NCBI GenBank assembly: GCA_009602735.1
Contig: WELA01003444.1
Coordinates: forward strand, 6,738-70,737
Direction of reading: 5' to 3'
From: Mesotaenium endlicherianum
Taxonomy: Eukaryota
Length of the DNA: 64,000 bases
The position numbers were made by a program, and so were the translations under genes. The notes under the pieces were generated by a model, which saw only the letters and a list, made by a program, of their open reading frames with translations, did no database searches and had not been told where the DNA came from. Shown piece by piece: positions 1 to 12,410 of this stretch. Every line of letters starts with the position of its first letter. Position 1 is the first letter of the stretch.

Positions 1-989
1 ATTTCCATGGGTGTGGGTCCAGATTCGGATGTGGAAGGGGCTGCGTACACCCGCGTCGCCGGTACCCGTGAAGATGAAGGCACGGAGTGCTTGAAATCCA
101 AGGTATCCACCTTTTGGGCCACTTCAATGACCTTTGAGAAGTCCGTCAAGTCGCGTACTTCCACTTCCTTTGCCACCTTGGGCTTGAGGCCAAAGATGTA
201 GCGGTCAATCTTCCCCTCGAGAGACATGTTGGGGATCTCAAGAGTGAGGGCGTGAAATCTGGATGTATACTCTTGAACGGACGTCGTTTGCTTGAGATGG
301 TGGAGCTTTCCTCGGGCAATCTTCTCCGCATTGATGGGCATGCATTGCTTCTTGAGGGCCTCACGAAAATTTGCCCATCTTGCATATGATGGTGGGGGCT
401 CTTGGCCGAGCATGGGGTGCGCCATAGCTTGATATATAGCCGCTTGATAGTTACGCCACCATGATGTTGCTGCTCCTCTAAGTAAGGTAACGGCAAAGGG
501 AACGTAGTCCTCCTCGGGTACTTCAAGGAATGCGAGGTACGTCTCCACTTGGTAGAGCCTTAAATTCAGGTTGGCACCTTTCCCGAGGTTGAAAGTGTCC
601 GATTTGCCGGGCTTGATGAGTTTCCTTGCTCTTGTAGGCTCTTGTGAAGGCGCTTGAGCCGGGGCTGGATTTTGAGTGTTGCTCGCAATAAGGGCAACCA
701 TGGCAGCCATAGCTTCTCTCGATGCTTGCACGGTTGCTTCATAGGTGGCCAAACCCACTTGGTTGTAGACGGTCATTAGGAAGGCTGCCCAGTCATTTGC
801 GGGAACTCCTTGTGGTGGGGTCAACTTTGCTATAGCGGCTGCCACGGGATTTGACGGTGCTCCTCCTTGTGGTGCTTCTTGTTGTTGCAGATTTTCTTGA
901 GTGGACTCTCCCATCGGCGCTAGAGGAGGGTCTCTTGGAGAGGAAGGGCTTCCTTCGAAAGCTTGCTGTTGGTCTTGAGGATCGGCCAT
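1..989 (-). CDS. gag: Ty3/gypsy retrotransposon Gag, open, runs off the window edge
   Basis: Hand translation from ATG at 989 has no stop down to base 1: MADPQDQQQ...VTLLRGAATSWW...LHHLKQTTSVQEYTSRFHAL...YIFGLKPKVAKEV...GPTPME. These are typical retrotransposon Gag motifs. It is missing from the ORF track because it has no stop codon in the window. Confidence 0.9.
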   Translation of the reverse strand, partial: MADPQDQQQAFEGSPSSPRDPPLAPMGESTQENLQQQEAPQGGAPSNPVAAAIAKLTPPQGVPANDWAAFLMTVYNQVGLATYEATVQASREAMAAMVALIASNTQNPAPAQAPSQEPTRARKLIKPGKSDTFNLGKGANLNLRLYQVETYLAFLEVPEEDYVPFAVTLLRGAATSWWRNYQAAIYQAMAHPMLGQEPPPSYARWANFREALKKQCMPINAEKIARGKLHHLKQTTSVQEYTSRFHALTLEIPNMSLEGKIDRYIFGLKPKVAKEVEVRDLTDFSKVIEVAQKVDTLDFKHSVPSSSRVPATRVYAAPSTSESGPTPME

Positions 990-1013
990 CTTCTTGTGCT
1001 ACCAAAGTGCCTA

Positions 1014-1025
1014 GCTCCGATACCA
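1014..1025 (-). promoter_or_regulatory. Primer-binding site complementary to initiator tRNA-Met
   Basis: Minus strand reads TGGTATCGGAGC, one mismatch from the canonical TGGTATCAGAGC. It lies 1 nt inside the LTR end and just upstream of gag. Confidence 0.9.
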
Positions 1026-1026
1026 C

Positions 1027-1546
1027 TGTAGTCAAACAGATAAATAAAGTACTTAGTGAAATATAATACTTTATCTATTCAAGACAAGGATCTTTGAACA
1101 CAAGTGGTAGCTTCTTGAAAGAGAGATGGCTTCTTGAAAGTTAATATATTTCTGGATTTGGCAAGTACAAGAGTGATTCTGGAATGTCTTTCTATGCTCT
1201 AGCTCTTGTCTATATACTTGCTACATAAGTAATTTCTAGGAAGGTGTATGTTGATGTGTTGGCACCTAACACATCCCAAAACTTGCCACCTCTTCTAGAA
1301 TAATGTACACATGTCCTTTTGACCTAAAAATGGCACATTTGACTTTTGCCACATGGAGTTCTTCTAGGTCCTTCCTCTAACTTCGAAAATGCCTTAGAAG
1401 GTTCAAAGGACATGAACCAAGTCACTAGAGTACCTATTCACACTTGAATCCACACAATACTACTCCAAATATATTTGAAAACATCAAAATACATGCAAAC
1501 TAATATATTATAACTCGAATCACTACACACAACCTCGGGCGCTACA
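1027..1546 (-). mobile_element. 5' LTR (520 bp) of the Ty3/gypsy element
   Basis: Minus strand begins TGTAGC (1546) and ends ACTACA (1027), giving TG...CA ends with a 5-bp inverted terminus. The PBS follows directly, and unrelated RT sequence starts at 1547. Confidence 0.85.
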
Positions 1547-2143
1547 AGGGGGATCCCATGCGGATCTCTCTCACGTCCAAGGAGCCTATCTTCCTCAAGA
1601 GTTATCGCTACAGTCACTTCAAGGATGGTCTAATCGACGCACAGACAAGCAAGCTGGAGGACAAACGGCTCATCAGGGAGTCTTCGTCTCGCTACGCCGC
1701 GCCCACGATCATGCCAGCCAAGAAGGATGCCTCGGGCAACTGGTCCAAGAAGAGGATGTGCGGTGACTATCGTCGGCTAAGTGAGGTCACTGAGCAGGAT
1801 AGGTACCCTATGGCGACGTCAGATAAGATCTTCAATGACATTGGCACCTGCACTTGGTTCTCTGTGCTGGATTTGGGGGACACAGCGCCTCTACAAGTGG
1901 GTGGTGATGCCTTTTGGGTTGAAGAACGCGCCGGCCACCTTTCAGAGGGTATGGATAAGGAGCTGGCAGGGCTTCCCTTTGCCCGGTGCTACATTGATGA
2001 CGTGCTCGTCTTTAGTGAGACGTTTGAGGAGCACGTGGCCCACATCACTGCCGTGTTGGAGCGCTTGGAGGCCGCGGGGCTCAAGTGCCATCCCGGCAAG
2101 TGTACATTTGGGACTCGAGAGGTGGAGTACCTTGGGCATCTGC
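1547..2143 (+). pseudogene. pol: Degenerate Ty3/gypsy reverse transcriptase fragment
   Basis: Motifs RMCGDYRRL, DRYPM, FSVLDL, then after a frameshift YKWVVMPFGLKNAPATFQR, then CYIDDVLVFS and KCTFGTREVEYLGH. It has an internal deletion and frameshifts and is cut at both ends. Confidence 0.92.
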
Positions 2144-3233
2144 TCTCTTGGAGCGTTGCAAATCTGGTGGGTGCAGGCTTCAACAACTCCAACGCATTAT
2201 TGAGCCTCTTTGCATGCTGACGGTAAATAGCGTGAGGCATGTGGTGATTACTCACAAACTGGACTAGGCTTTTGAATCTATCTACAATCTCTTCTAACTC
2301 TTGAATTTTCCCTAGGTCTTTGAGAAGCAAATCCAAGCAATGGGCTGCACTTGTCGGGGAACTCCTCTTGTACCAACTCGCCCGCCTTAAGACAATTGGC
2401 AGCTGAATCTGTGCACACTTGCACGACATTTTCAGGACCTACTTTCTTCACGGCTTCAATAATGAACTTAGCAATATACTCACCCGTCTTCTTCTCACCC
2501 TCAGTGTTAATGGAGTCCATGAACAACTCCACACCACGAGACACTCTAAGGACATTCAAGAGGGGATGCCCTGATGTGTCTGTCCACCCATCTAGTACTA
2601 GGGTGCATCCAGAAATCTCTATGTGCTTTACATGCTTCTTCTCCCACTGTTCTACTCGTGTAACCTCTTTGTCTAAGAGGGTGCTTCCTAGAGGCTTATC
2701 CTTCATTGCAACGTAAGGAAGGCCATTCTCCAAAGAGTACTTGCTAATTGCATTCATCATGTCCACAAAGAAATGACTCTGCGCTACATTAAAAGAAACA
2801 CTCGTGGCGTAAAAGAACCTGGCAACTACTTCATGAACACTATCAGCATTTATTCTATTAAAAAGATCCTTCAAACTTGACTAACCTGGCTCTCTCCCAG
2901 ATGAACTTCTAAGTTCAAGCTCAGCTGTAGGCATTTTGTCAATCCAAACAAGCGATTGCGTGAGACATTCATGTCACTCTTAGACCTACGTTTACCTAGC
3001 TGAGATTGAGAAGTAGAAGTATGACGACAAATAGTCATTGCTTCCTTCAAATTCATGGGATCATCGTCACCCTCACGAATACCTTTGGCCCCCACGAAGT
3101 AATTACAAGTCTTCGTAACACCCCCCCAAAATACTTTCTCGCAAAAGTTGCACTTCATTTCAGGATGTCGGTTGTTGCTTGCAGCAGGAGTGACGATGGT
3201 GACGTAGCTCCATTCAGGCGCAGCCTCTTGCAC
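2144..3233 (-). pseudogene. hAT transposase relic (BED finger plus DUF659-type core), 3'-truncated
   Basis: BED-like WSYV...MKCNFCEKVFWGGVTK, then ARFFYATSVSFNVA, CTLVLDGWTD, VGPENVVQVCTDSAANC, AAHCLDLLLKDLGK and KPAPTRFAT. Split over three ORFs and fused to the RT relic right after TRFAT. Confidence 0.9.
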
Positions 3234-3355
3234 ACGTCTACGAGGCTAGGGTGCAGAAGGTGCTCCCCTAGCAACCAGGACCGAAGCAAACTGCGCCATG
3301 AAGGCCTTGTAAGATATGAAGCACAGAAAAGACACAAAACAGGAAGTGAGTTGAT

Positions 3356-3380
3356 TGTGTGTGTGTGTGTGTGTGTGTGC

Positions 3381-3446
<66 letters not shown>

Positions 3447-3458
3447 GAGAGAGAGAGA
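3356..3458. repeat. Compound (TG)n(GA)n microsatellite
   Basis: Directly visible. Confidence 0.95.
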
Positions 3459-3459
3459 G

Positions 3460-6060
3460 GGCCAATGAGAGAGCCAGAGAGAACACGCCGAGAAAGACAT
3501 AAGTGCAAGCCTGTAGCAGGCCTGACAGAATAAGAGAGAGACGGAGACAGCCAAAATGAAGAAGAGAGAAGAGACAACAGAGGGACATAAAGGGAAAGAC
3601 AAGCAAAGCCCTTGGCGCAAAAACAGGAGCTGACGAAAGCTGACAGAAGCTGACAAAACCTGTCAGAATTAGTATACTGGATAGCAGCCACCATAGAGAG
3701 CAGCCAGAACAAAAAAGAGAGAAGAGAGAGCAGAAGGAGCAAGAGGGAAAGAGCATGAGCACTCTTCGCACAAAAAAAGGAGCAAAACAGCGAGGGAAGA
3801 AATGTAGCAAATAAGAAAATAACAAGCAATAAGAACCAGCAATCAGAATGACACAAAAGCAAACAGTAACAAACAATACAGCAGACTAAAAAAAAGACGC
3901 TTATGCATCATTGTATTACATCAGAATGAAAGAAGAGCAAAAAACAACCATTATGGATCAGCAATGACATGCACACGCAGGAAGGAAGGGAGATGGGGTG
4001 GGGCAAATACCTGATATTGCTAGATTGAAGCTGCTGGTGCTGCTGCAGCGGCCCGCCTGTAGCTTGAAAGTTGAAGCTGCTGCTATTGCTTTTACAAAGA
4101 CGCAGCAAAGGCACTCCTACACCCCCATCAACTTCCATGCGGATACTAAATAAAATGATCATGAAGGAACTAGCTTAAGAAGAATCAAGCTCAAATTATG
4201 TAATATGATATAGTAATTAGAAAATAAGTCACATGTGACAGCCAGGGCCCAGCAGCAATAAATAACCAAGAAGGAAAGAGAAGCACAGTATTGCAGCGAC
4301 AGCATAGAAGACAAGAAAAGCGAGCAGAACACTTAAATAGCACAGAAGAGAGAGCAACGATAGCAGACAACGGGGCACATACTTGATGATGGTAGCTTGA
4401 AGCTGGTGCTGCTGCAAACTTCAAAGACCCGCCTGTCGCAAAAAAGCTACTGCTCCTGCTGCTGCAGGATGCAAAGGCCCTCCTACACCTCCATGTGGAT
4501 ACTAATGAATTGAATATGAAGGAACGAGCATAAGAAGATGCAAGACGTTGAGCACAAACATTTACACACAGAGACATAAATAGCCATAATAAGGGAGAGA
4601 AAGACAAAAGTGAGAACCGAAAGAGCGAGACAAGAGAAAACAAATGGAGAGCAGAGAGAGCGAACACAGACCAAGAGCAGAATGAGCATAAAGAGAGCAG
4701 AGGGTAGAGAGGATAGAGATGAGCAAAGGCAGCGAGAGCAGAGAGAGCAAATGGCTGAGAGGAAACGAGGGAGAAAACAAAGGCACATCGACGCACACAA
4801 GAGAGCAAAGGGAGCACAAATAGAATAGCAACAGCAAGGAACAGAGGTAGCAATAAATGCACACAAAAAGGGGAAGCTCAAAGAGGGAAACGAAAGGGGA
4901 AAATGAGGGCAAAGAGAGAGCAAAGGAAGCACAGAAAGCTGAGGGACAGCAAAGAGGGAGAGCGAAGTAAAAATGAAAAGCATAGAGAGAAGAGAGGGCA
5001 GAGAGAGCAGGGAGAGCAACGAGAGCGGAGAGCAATGAGAGCAACGAGAAAGCGGCGGGAGAGCAAAGAGGTACAAAGGTAGAGAGAGCAAGGAAAGCGA
5101 ACAGCCAAGCGAGCCAGGTGGAGAAGCAGGAATAGGCGAGACGTGTCACCTCGCCCCCTTGAAGCTTGATGTGCACAACGATTCGAGCACGAGGTTGTCC
5201 TTCACCAGGTTGTACTTGTAGACGTACAGGCGTAGCAAAACCAGATTCTTCAAGTGGAATCTACCACGATGAACACAATACAAACATATCAAATTGCCTT
5301 AAAAAAACCACACCAACATTGAGGCTAGGGAGAGAGCAAATCAAACAAAAAAGACATAACAGCATAAGCATAGTGAAAGCATAACATAACATGCAAGACT
5401 ATAATTGAGAGAGCTCAAAAGTGCACAAAGGGACACAAATACAATTCGCATTAGCGCACACGCGAGAGAGAGAGAGAGAGAGGGGGGGGGGGGGGGGGAG
5501 CAGGGACAAAAATGAGAGCAGAGAGGGGTGGGAGAGCAGAGTGCAACGAAGTAGAGAGAGCAAGGAAAGCAAGACACAAACAGCAGGGCGACCTGGAAGG
5601 AGGAGCTAGATGTCTCACCTAGTCCCCTTCAAGCTTGATGTGCGCAAGGCTGGCCTTCAACAGGTAGTACTCGCAGACGCACACGCTTAGCAACACCAGG
5701 TTCCTCAAGTGGAAGCTATCACCATGAACACAATAAGATAAAGAACATATTGTAATAGGAGCATAGAGAGAAAATAACATAGAGAATGAAGAAGAGCATA
5801 ACTGAGTGTAACAGAGAATAACAAATTGCATAATAGAGCATAAGAGAGCACAACACATAGCATAACAGATAGATCATAATATGTCAGAGAGCTTAGGAAA
5901 GAGAATAAGAGAGCATAACAGAGAGCATAATAGAGCATAATAGAGCATAGCAGACTGCATAATACAGCGCATAACAGAGAGCTATCAGAGAGAATTACAC
6001 ATCATATCAGACAGCATAGCAGAGAGCACAACAGGGAGCATAACAGAGAGCATAACACAG
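3460..6060. repeat. Purine-rich low-complexity tract (AGAGAGCA/AGCATA-type) with internal decayed duplications
   Basis: Strong A/G bias. 4030-4190 and 4398-4548 are diverged copies of each other (CCCGCCTGT...CTCCTACACC...GGATACTAA...TGAAGGAAC). Confidence 0.8.
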
Positions 6061-7315
6061 ACATCCCCACCTGCCCCCTTAAATTTGCAGGACGTTGACA
6101 TGTGTGAAGCTCGACCTCAACAGCTTGTACTCGGGGGTGCACAGGCTCGGCAATACCAAGCTGCACAGAGACAGACAAAACTTATCGGGCTGAACAACAC
6201 AAGCCACAAAGGCTGCAACAGACTAAACCCCCATGTCCTACAATAGTCCATGCTATATGCACTAGATCTGGCAATCCCAAAGCTGCAGACATAAACTGCA
6301 AACATTTACACATTGCAAAGTGTAATTGGGGCTCAACGCCAAAGCATCTAGGACACGGCTGCAAGAGTAAGCAAAGATAATGTGCACACTAGAAACAATG
6401 ATATGATCCATGCTAACGGCCCAAGGCTGCATGAATGAACAATCCCTCAATACGGCTAACCTGAAATGAAACCAGCAGCAGCCCACTCGTTCTTTAAATT
6501 GGTCGCGAGAGTGGTGCTCCTGCCAAAAAACAGATACAGTACAACATATATAAGTACATGACTACATAGAAGCGTCATGTCAAATCTCATTGACGAAGAA
6601 CTGTCAACAGATGAAACCAAAGCACGAGGTAAATGTAACAAAGAAGTCAGACACATTGCAAGAGGAAAGCGTAAAAAGGAGATCGAATGAGCGCAGAGTG
6701 AGAGATAACTAGACTAAGAAAAAACCTACACAAATTGCCTGGCATAGAGGGCTGTCGAGAAGAACGCGGGAATGTGATGCTTAGTGCCAATTCCCTTGAG
6801 CTTTACATAGCTTGAGACCAGCACCATAACTGAGTTTCGAGAAGAATTAGGTGGCTAGCTGTAGCTTAGTGCCCCTCCTCGAAACGTGTTTGCTGTAATT
6901 TTTTGGCCGTTCCCGCTTCACGTTAGCGAAAAAAGTGAAAATTTTGGGGCTGACAGGTCTGCGCAATGTGCGCCTTAATGTCCGAAATCCACGTTACGAT
7001 TACTAAGGCGTCCAAACGTGTCGCAATCAATTCCACAAAAAAAAAAAGGTTAGTTCGTGTAGTACGTGCGAACCGACTTATTTCGCTTAGTTTAAACAAC
7101 TCAATACGAAAGAAACTCGAACGGCGTAACCTTGCATAGAGGTTATAACTTGGTAATTGCATCACCTATTCCTAAAGGAAGCTTTCTCAAGTTTCAGATC
7201 TACTTTTGAGACTTTAGCAGCGGTTAAAATAAGCTCCACCAATGAGAAGCATTCAGCATATTCCTCGCATATAGGTTTGATTGATTTGACTTATGCTTAG
7301 CCTATAAGAGTGCTG

Positions 7316-7795
7316 TGTAATGAATCAGTATACAGGTAGGTATATTACTTCAGTTAATTGTAATACTTAGATTAGGTTTATTCAACTGAACCTTACTTAA
7401 TATTCATATAATGGAATTTTTAGCATTAATCTGTATAATGAACTTTTAGTATTATTCAATATAATGACAGCCGATAGCAACAGGCTCAAATCAACTCAAG
7501 TCAGCCTGCTGACACATTCTTTGACAGCCAACTGACCACCGTAAGCGATACTAGCGGATTGCCTAGCAATGCATTTAAGTGTGATCTAGATGAAGGGCCG
7601 GATGACGCCTTAGACGCATGGCGTTTCGAGATGATGGGAAATGGCTATGGATTTGGTTAGTCGAGGTCCTACCAACGTAGTTAACTCCCGGGTTGACGAT
7701 GCCATCGCAATTGCCGTTGTATATATGCTAAGTACCATGTGCATTCGGTAATATTTTGGGTCATCCTTCCTTAGTTGTTCTCTTTCTACTTTACA
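7316..7795 (+). repeat. About 480-bp solo-LTR-like repeat, copy 1
   Basis: Begins TGTAA and ends TTACA. Aligns by eye to the reverse complement of 8627-9119 (e.g. GCTGACACATTCTTTGACAG, GGTCCTACCAACGTRGTTAAC). No clean TSD. Confidence 0.65.
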
Positions 7796-8626
7796 GTCTT
7801 GAAGTGCTCACCTGAGTACTACACACTCTTTGATAAAAATATTTGACGCTTGACTCCCTTTTTGGCTATAAGGCCATATGTATTACAAACTTTATTGCAG
7901 CAAAGTCTGCTTACTCGTTGTGTAGTGCTTACGCCGATGATGCACGCTTGATCTCTTAACGCACAAAAGTGATAAAAAGAATTTTTAAGATGAGCGGTTG
8001 ATACGAGCCTTGATTGGGTCGATAAGGACTCAGATTGATGTGTTGCTTGTACTAATTGGTTTGTGCGTGCTTAGTGGCTCATGTCAGATAACTGTAAAGA
8101 CCACTTTCAATACTTTTGGACTCGAAACTTACTTGAAAGAGTGCAAACTATCGACTTGAAATGCAATTTCAAATCTTGTCAGCAAAAGGAATTGCTTGTT
8201 GAACCAAACAATCAGAATTCAAATAAACCTGATGTTGGAATAACACTAATTGACAACGACTCAATTGCATTTCTAGTATGTCAACTGATTTGATCATTTA
8301 TGAAACGAGTCGATTGTTTTCGAGCACATCACCAAAAGAGAGATTTTGCTTTAGTGAGGACAAGCTTTGGTGAAATGAATCGACTTACCAATAGGCAATT
8401 AACAATTAATAAACATCATCATATCAACGAGTAATCTTTATGGTATTTTTTGTTAACTGATTAAACAGCACAAGACAACACATTAGCAATGGACATTACT
8501 CGCAAGTCAAATGCAAGTAAATTAGCATCTATAATGCAATCAGTAAACTCATACATAAGCAAGGTTAGAAGACAATGCGTATCAATGGCTTCTCGCCTCG
8601 GATTTCAGATATCTCTCAGTAAGCAG

Positions 8627-9119
8627 TATAAGAGAGTTGGCATTGTTTCTGAATGCCAAACTCGAGACCAATACCTAGCATATGTACATGGAATGAGCTT
8701 ACTGTTGAACGGCAAGTGCAATAGCACCGCCTACCCGGAAGTTAACCACGTTGGTAGGACCTTGGCTAACTAAATGCACAGCCATCTCCCCTCATCCCGA
8801 ATTGCCATCCACCTTAAGGGTGTCATCTGGCCACTCATCTAGCACACAACACTTAGATGCATAGCTAGGCAATTTGCTGCTGCCGAGTACGGCAGCCAGC
8901 TGACTGTCAAAGAATGTGTCAGCAAGCTGACACAAATCAACAGGCTGACCTAGTGGACTTCAGCCTGCTACTTTCGGCTGAGTCATTTAACTAAGTATCA
9001 AGTATCCAGCAGACTTAAATTGAGCAGACTAAATATTAACTAAAGTTCAGCAAGCTGAACTTATTTAACTATTACATCTAAGTGAATATTATATCTATCC
9101 AATATACTGATTCATTGCA
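8627..9119 (-). repeat. About 490-bp solo-LTR-like repeat, copy 2 (inverted)
   Basis: Minus strand begins TGCAATGAATCAGTATA, matching copy 1's start TGTAATGAATCAGTATA, with colinear similarity along most of the length. Confidence 0.65.
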
Positions 9120-12100
9120 TTTGGGTATCTGAAATGTTCAATATATTGTGATATATATATTGGTTCAATTATATGTAATATTTATTTAAGTACAACTTGT
9201 TGAACCCTACTTACTACCCTTGCTTATGTATGAGTTTATAGATTTCAATATTGGTGCACATTACTTGCACTTGGCTTCTACATTTTTGGTCAAATTGGTC
9301 AAATGCTCGTTGAAGCTCGTGGTATAGGCCCGTCCGCTGCAGAGCTAGAGGTGCGAACGCTTGAAATGGTCGAGTGGGCAGTATGGCGAGTGGGACGAGG
9401 CAGGAAAGGCAGGGACGATTTTGAAGACTTCTGGCGGAGGATTGGACCTTGAAAAGGGAAGCGGTTCGTCGGTGAGGTAGCCCACCTCAGCTGTTTCAAG
9501 AGACAATCTTTGAGCAAGTGTCTGGGAAGTGCTCCGGGATGCTCCGGGACAACTGCCATTGATGTTATTTTGAATCCTCCACAGGTTATAAACAACTGCA
9601 GAACTAAATGACAAAGCGTGATAATGCAAAATTAAGAAAGTCCGAATTTTTCTTGAAAGCAACGGCGCCTCCAACATGTTCAAATGATTTCAGGTTTGAC
9701 CGTCAAGCCTTCAATTTTATTTCAAGTCTTCTAATCTGCTGCGCAATCATTTTGGTTCTTGTTTGTGAAACACATCTTATATGCATATATAGAAAATTAA
9801 AGAATAGAATAAAGAGAGTAATAGATAGTTATAAAATGAATTACATAGGCTTAAGTTTGAATAGGAGAAAGAATAGGAGCAGAGTATTGCAATAAAATTG
9901 TTTGATTCTTGTTTGTGATCAATCCAAGTGTAAGCATGTTTGTTTTGATCTAAGTTGAAAAACCCCAACAAAAAAGGATTTCATGAGTTGTGTACAATCG
10001 TACAAAAGTGATAATGAATTGATACGTTTGGTTGCACATAAATTTTTTGGACAGACATTGTGCCTATGTACGTGTGGTTGAAAAACAATCGTCGAATGTC
10101 AAATCGCAAAATATTATTTTGAATATAAAAATGTAATGTGTTAGATGCGTCGTGGTCATTTCTGGCCCGATTGTCAATGGAAAAGATTGGCTAGGCTTCT
10201 CCACCTCACCCATCCCAATGTGTCGAGTCATACATCCCGCATAATGAAGTCAACTCTAGTCTATATTTCAAGTCCAGCTCAGGTCAACCTTGTCAGGTTG
10301 ACCTTGCTTGCATGGTCTTTTTAGGTCAAAATGGTATTTCGAGGTCAAAATGTATCACACAGCTTCCGCTGCACGTGTTTGACCAATGTTATTCTTCAAT
10401 TGCAATACACCATATATTGACAATTGAAGAGCAGAATTTCATTTTTTAGCAATTTAAGACCCCAATTTGTACATTCTTACAAGTAAAAAATTATCTGCAA
10501 TGATGCCACAATCATCTTTAGCCCACATTTTTGCACGATGCAGCGGCAGACGCTCATGTATTGTGCAAAAAAAATTCAATGACTTATCACCCTTATGTAT
10601 TGCTTGCATTGTTTACTGCATCCCATCTTTCACCTATACATCTTTGACGTAATAGGTGAAATTTGCTCAATTTGGATTCTTTGAATTTGTATTGTTTCAA
10701 ATACCTTGTACTTCCCATGTGACGTAGGTTTGGCGGAGGTGATTACATGCTCAATAATGACATCGGGTGCGCCTAGTCGATGTCTGCAAAGCAATCTTCT
10801 TTGACACTTGACGACAACATTGCTTTTTCTTGCTTACTTTTCTTAACGTGTCTGGAGCACGCTGGAGCAACAAACGTCCTAAATGGCACAGCCACACATT
10901 CAAGCTTGGTCAGATGGTTGTTGCAACTTGTGATGCAAGTCGTTGCATGGAGAGCAATGAGTACAAGCAGGTACGAGCGCCTCCATTTTTCCAAGGAGAG
11001 CACGACTAGTGCTAACAACAGCAAGAAGCAAAGGGCGACAATATTACTTACTTTTAGCGAGAGTTTTGACCTTCAAAAGGGATGCGGTTTGTTGGTGAAG
11101 CATGGGTGAAGCAGCCCACTTGAGCTGCTTTTCTAGTGCTTTTGATGTTGGGATTTTTTTGCATTCGTTGCCGATTCGATTGAGCCAAGTTGTGTCAGGT
11201 TTGTCAGGCGACCATCATGGAGACCCAACCGCGGGCCTAAATCCAAGTTATTGTTGCCTCCTAAACGGAGCCTTTTGGAAGTTTGCGCAAGAGTTGCTTG
11301 GAACACCTTGGCTCTGTTGGGTTTGGTCCTCCTCATCCTCACGGGTTCAAAAAGGACAAAAAGTTGATCCCAGAAGTAGTGTAGTATCTGCATACGGTTC
11401 TCTCGCCAATGTGGGCCCTAGACGCTCAATTTAGAGTAGACTTATTGCTTGCGGGTAGGGGATTATATTCCTAACTGTTTTTGAGACCGACTTGATTACA
11501 TGTGTGAAGAAGTTTTTACATGTGTGTTGTTATCTAGTCAAATCCAAGTACATCGTCAAAGTTAACTTTTTCTTGAAAGTATGTCGTGATTTATTAGCTC
11601 GTGGTTCATGCACCAGTGACCAATACAACTTCGCAAGTGTGTGAAGGTCCACCTAGGGCAACCATATTGCATATGCATTTCATAATGACTAGTTGCCCTT
11701 TCCTGAATTCTCAATTATAGAAATGTAGAGCATTGAGCCAGCTTTCTACACGACCAACTTTACGTTTTTTTGATGTATATGGGAGATCTTTACGATTCAA
11801 TAAAAGCTACCTCTTGGCCCTTAACGGAACCAAAAGTGAACACCTGAAATTCCATGACACAAGTCATCGCTCCCAAAGGACATTCTTTTGGACTCTTCGC
11901 GGCCTCGAAAGCTCTTATGTACTTTCACCTAAATTTGCGACCCCTTGTGAGCATAAACCCTTGCATTTCCATAGCAAGTGTACCAAATTGGCTATAACTT
12001 GGTGACTGCATCCTACAGCTTCAAAAACTTCCTAACTTTACACATTCACTTTTGAGGCTTTCTCTAGCACGCGTTGCTTAAGGTTAGATTTGGCCAATCA

Positions 12101-12180
12101 CCATATTCTTGCATTGAGCTGTTGATTAAATCGAGACTAGTCAATGAAAGACTAGCCAACGAATATTGTAGCACACTACG

Positions 12181-12184
<4 letters not shown>

Positions 12185-12220
<36 letters not shown>
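12185..12220. repeat. (TG)n microsatellite
   Basis: Directly visible. Confidence 0.95.
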
Positions 12221-12222
<2 letters not shown>

Positions 12223-12410
12223 TAGGTAGACCCTAGATTTTTTTGTCATGCACTGATTCCACGCCTAATTCGCTTGTTCCTTCGAAGTATATATTATATA
12301 ACTCCTAGGATGCCTCTAGTAAGTAAGGCATCTTCTAAAAGTCCTTATTGACAAGTTGTAAGTTTTAGAATTATCAATAAAGGTGACACATCTATTTTTG
12401 GTGTTTTGAG

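Noticed and set aside
3006..5938. Many 100-235 aa Leu/Ser/Cys-rich ORFs
   Set aside because: By-products of CT-rich low-complexity DNA that lacks stop codons.
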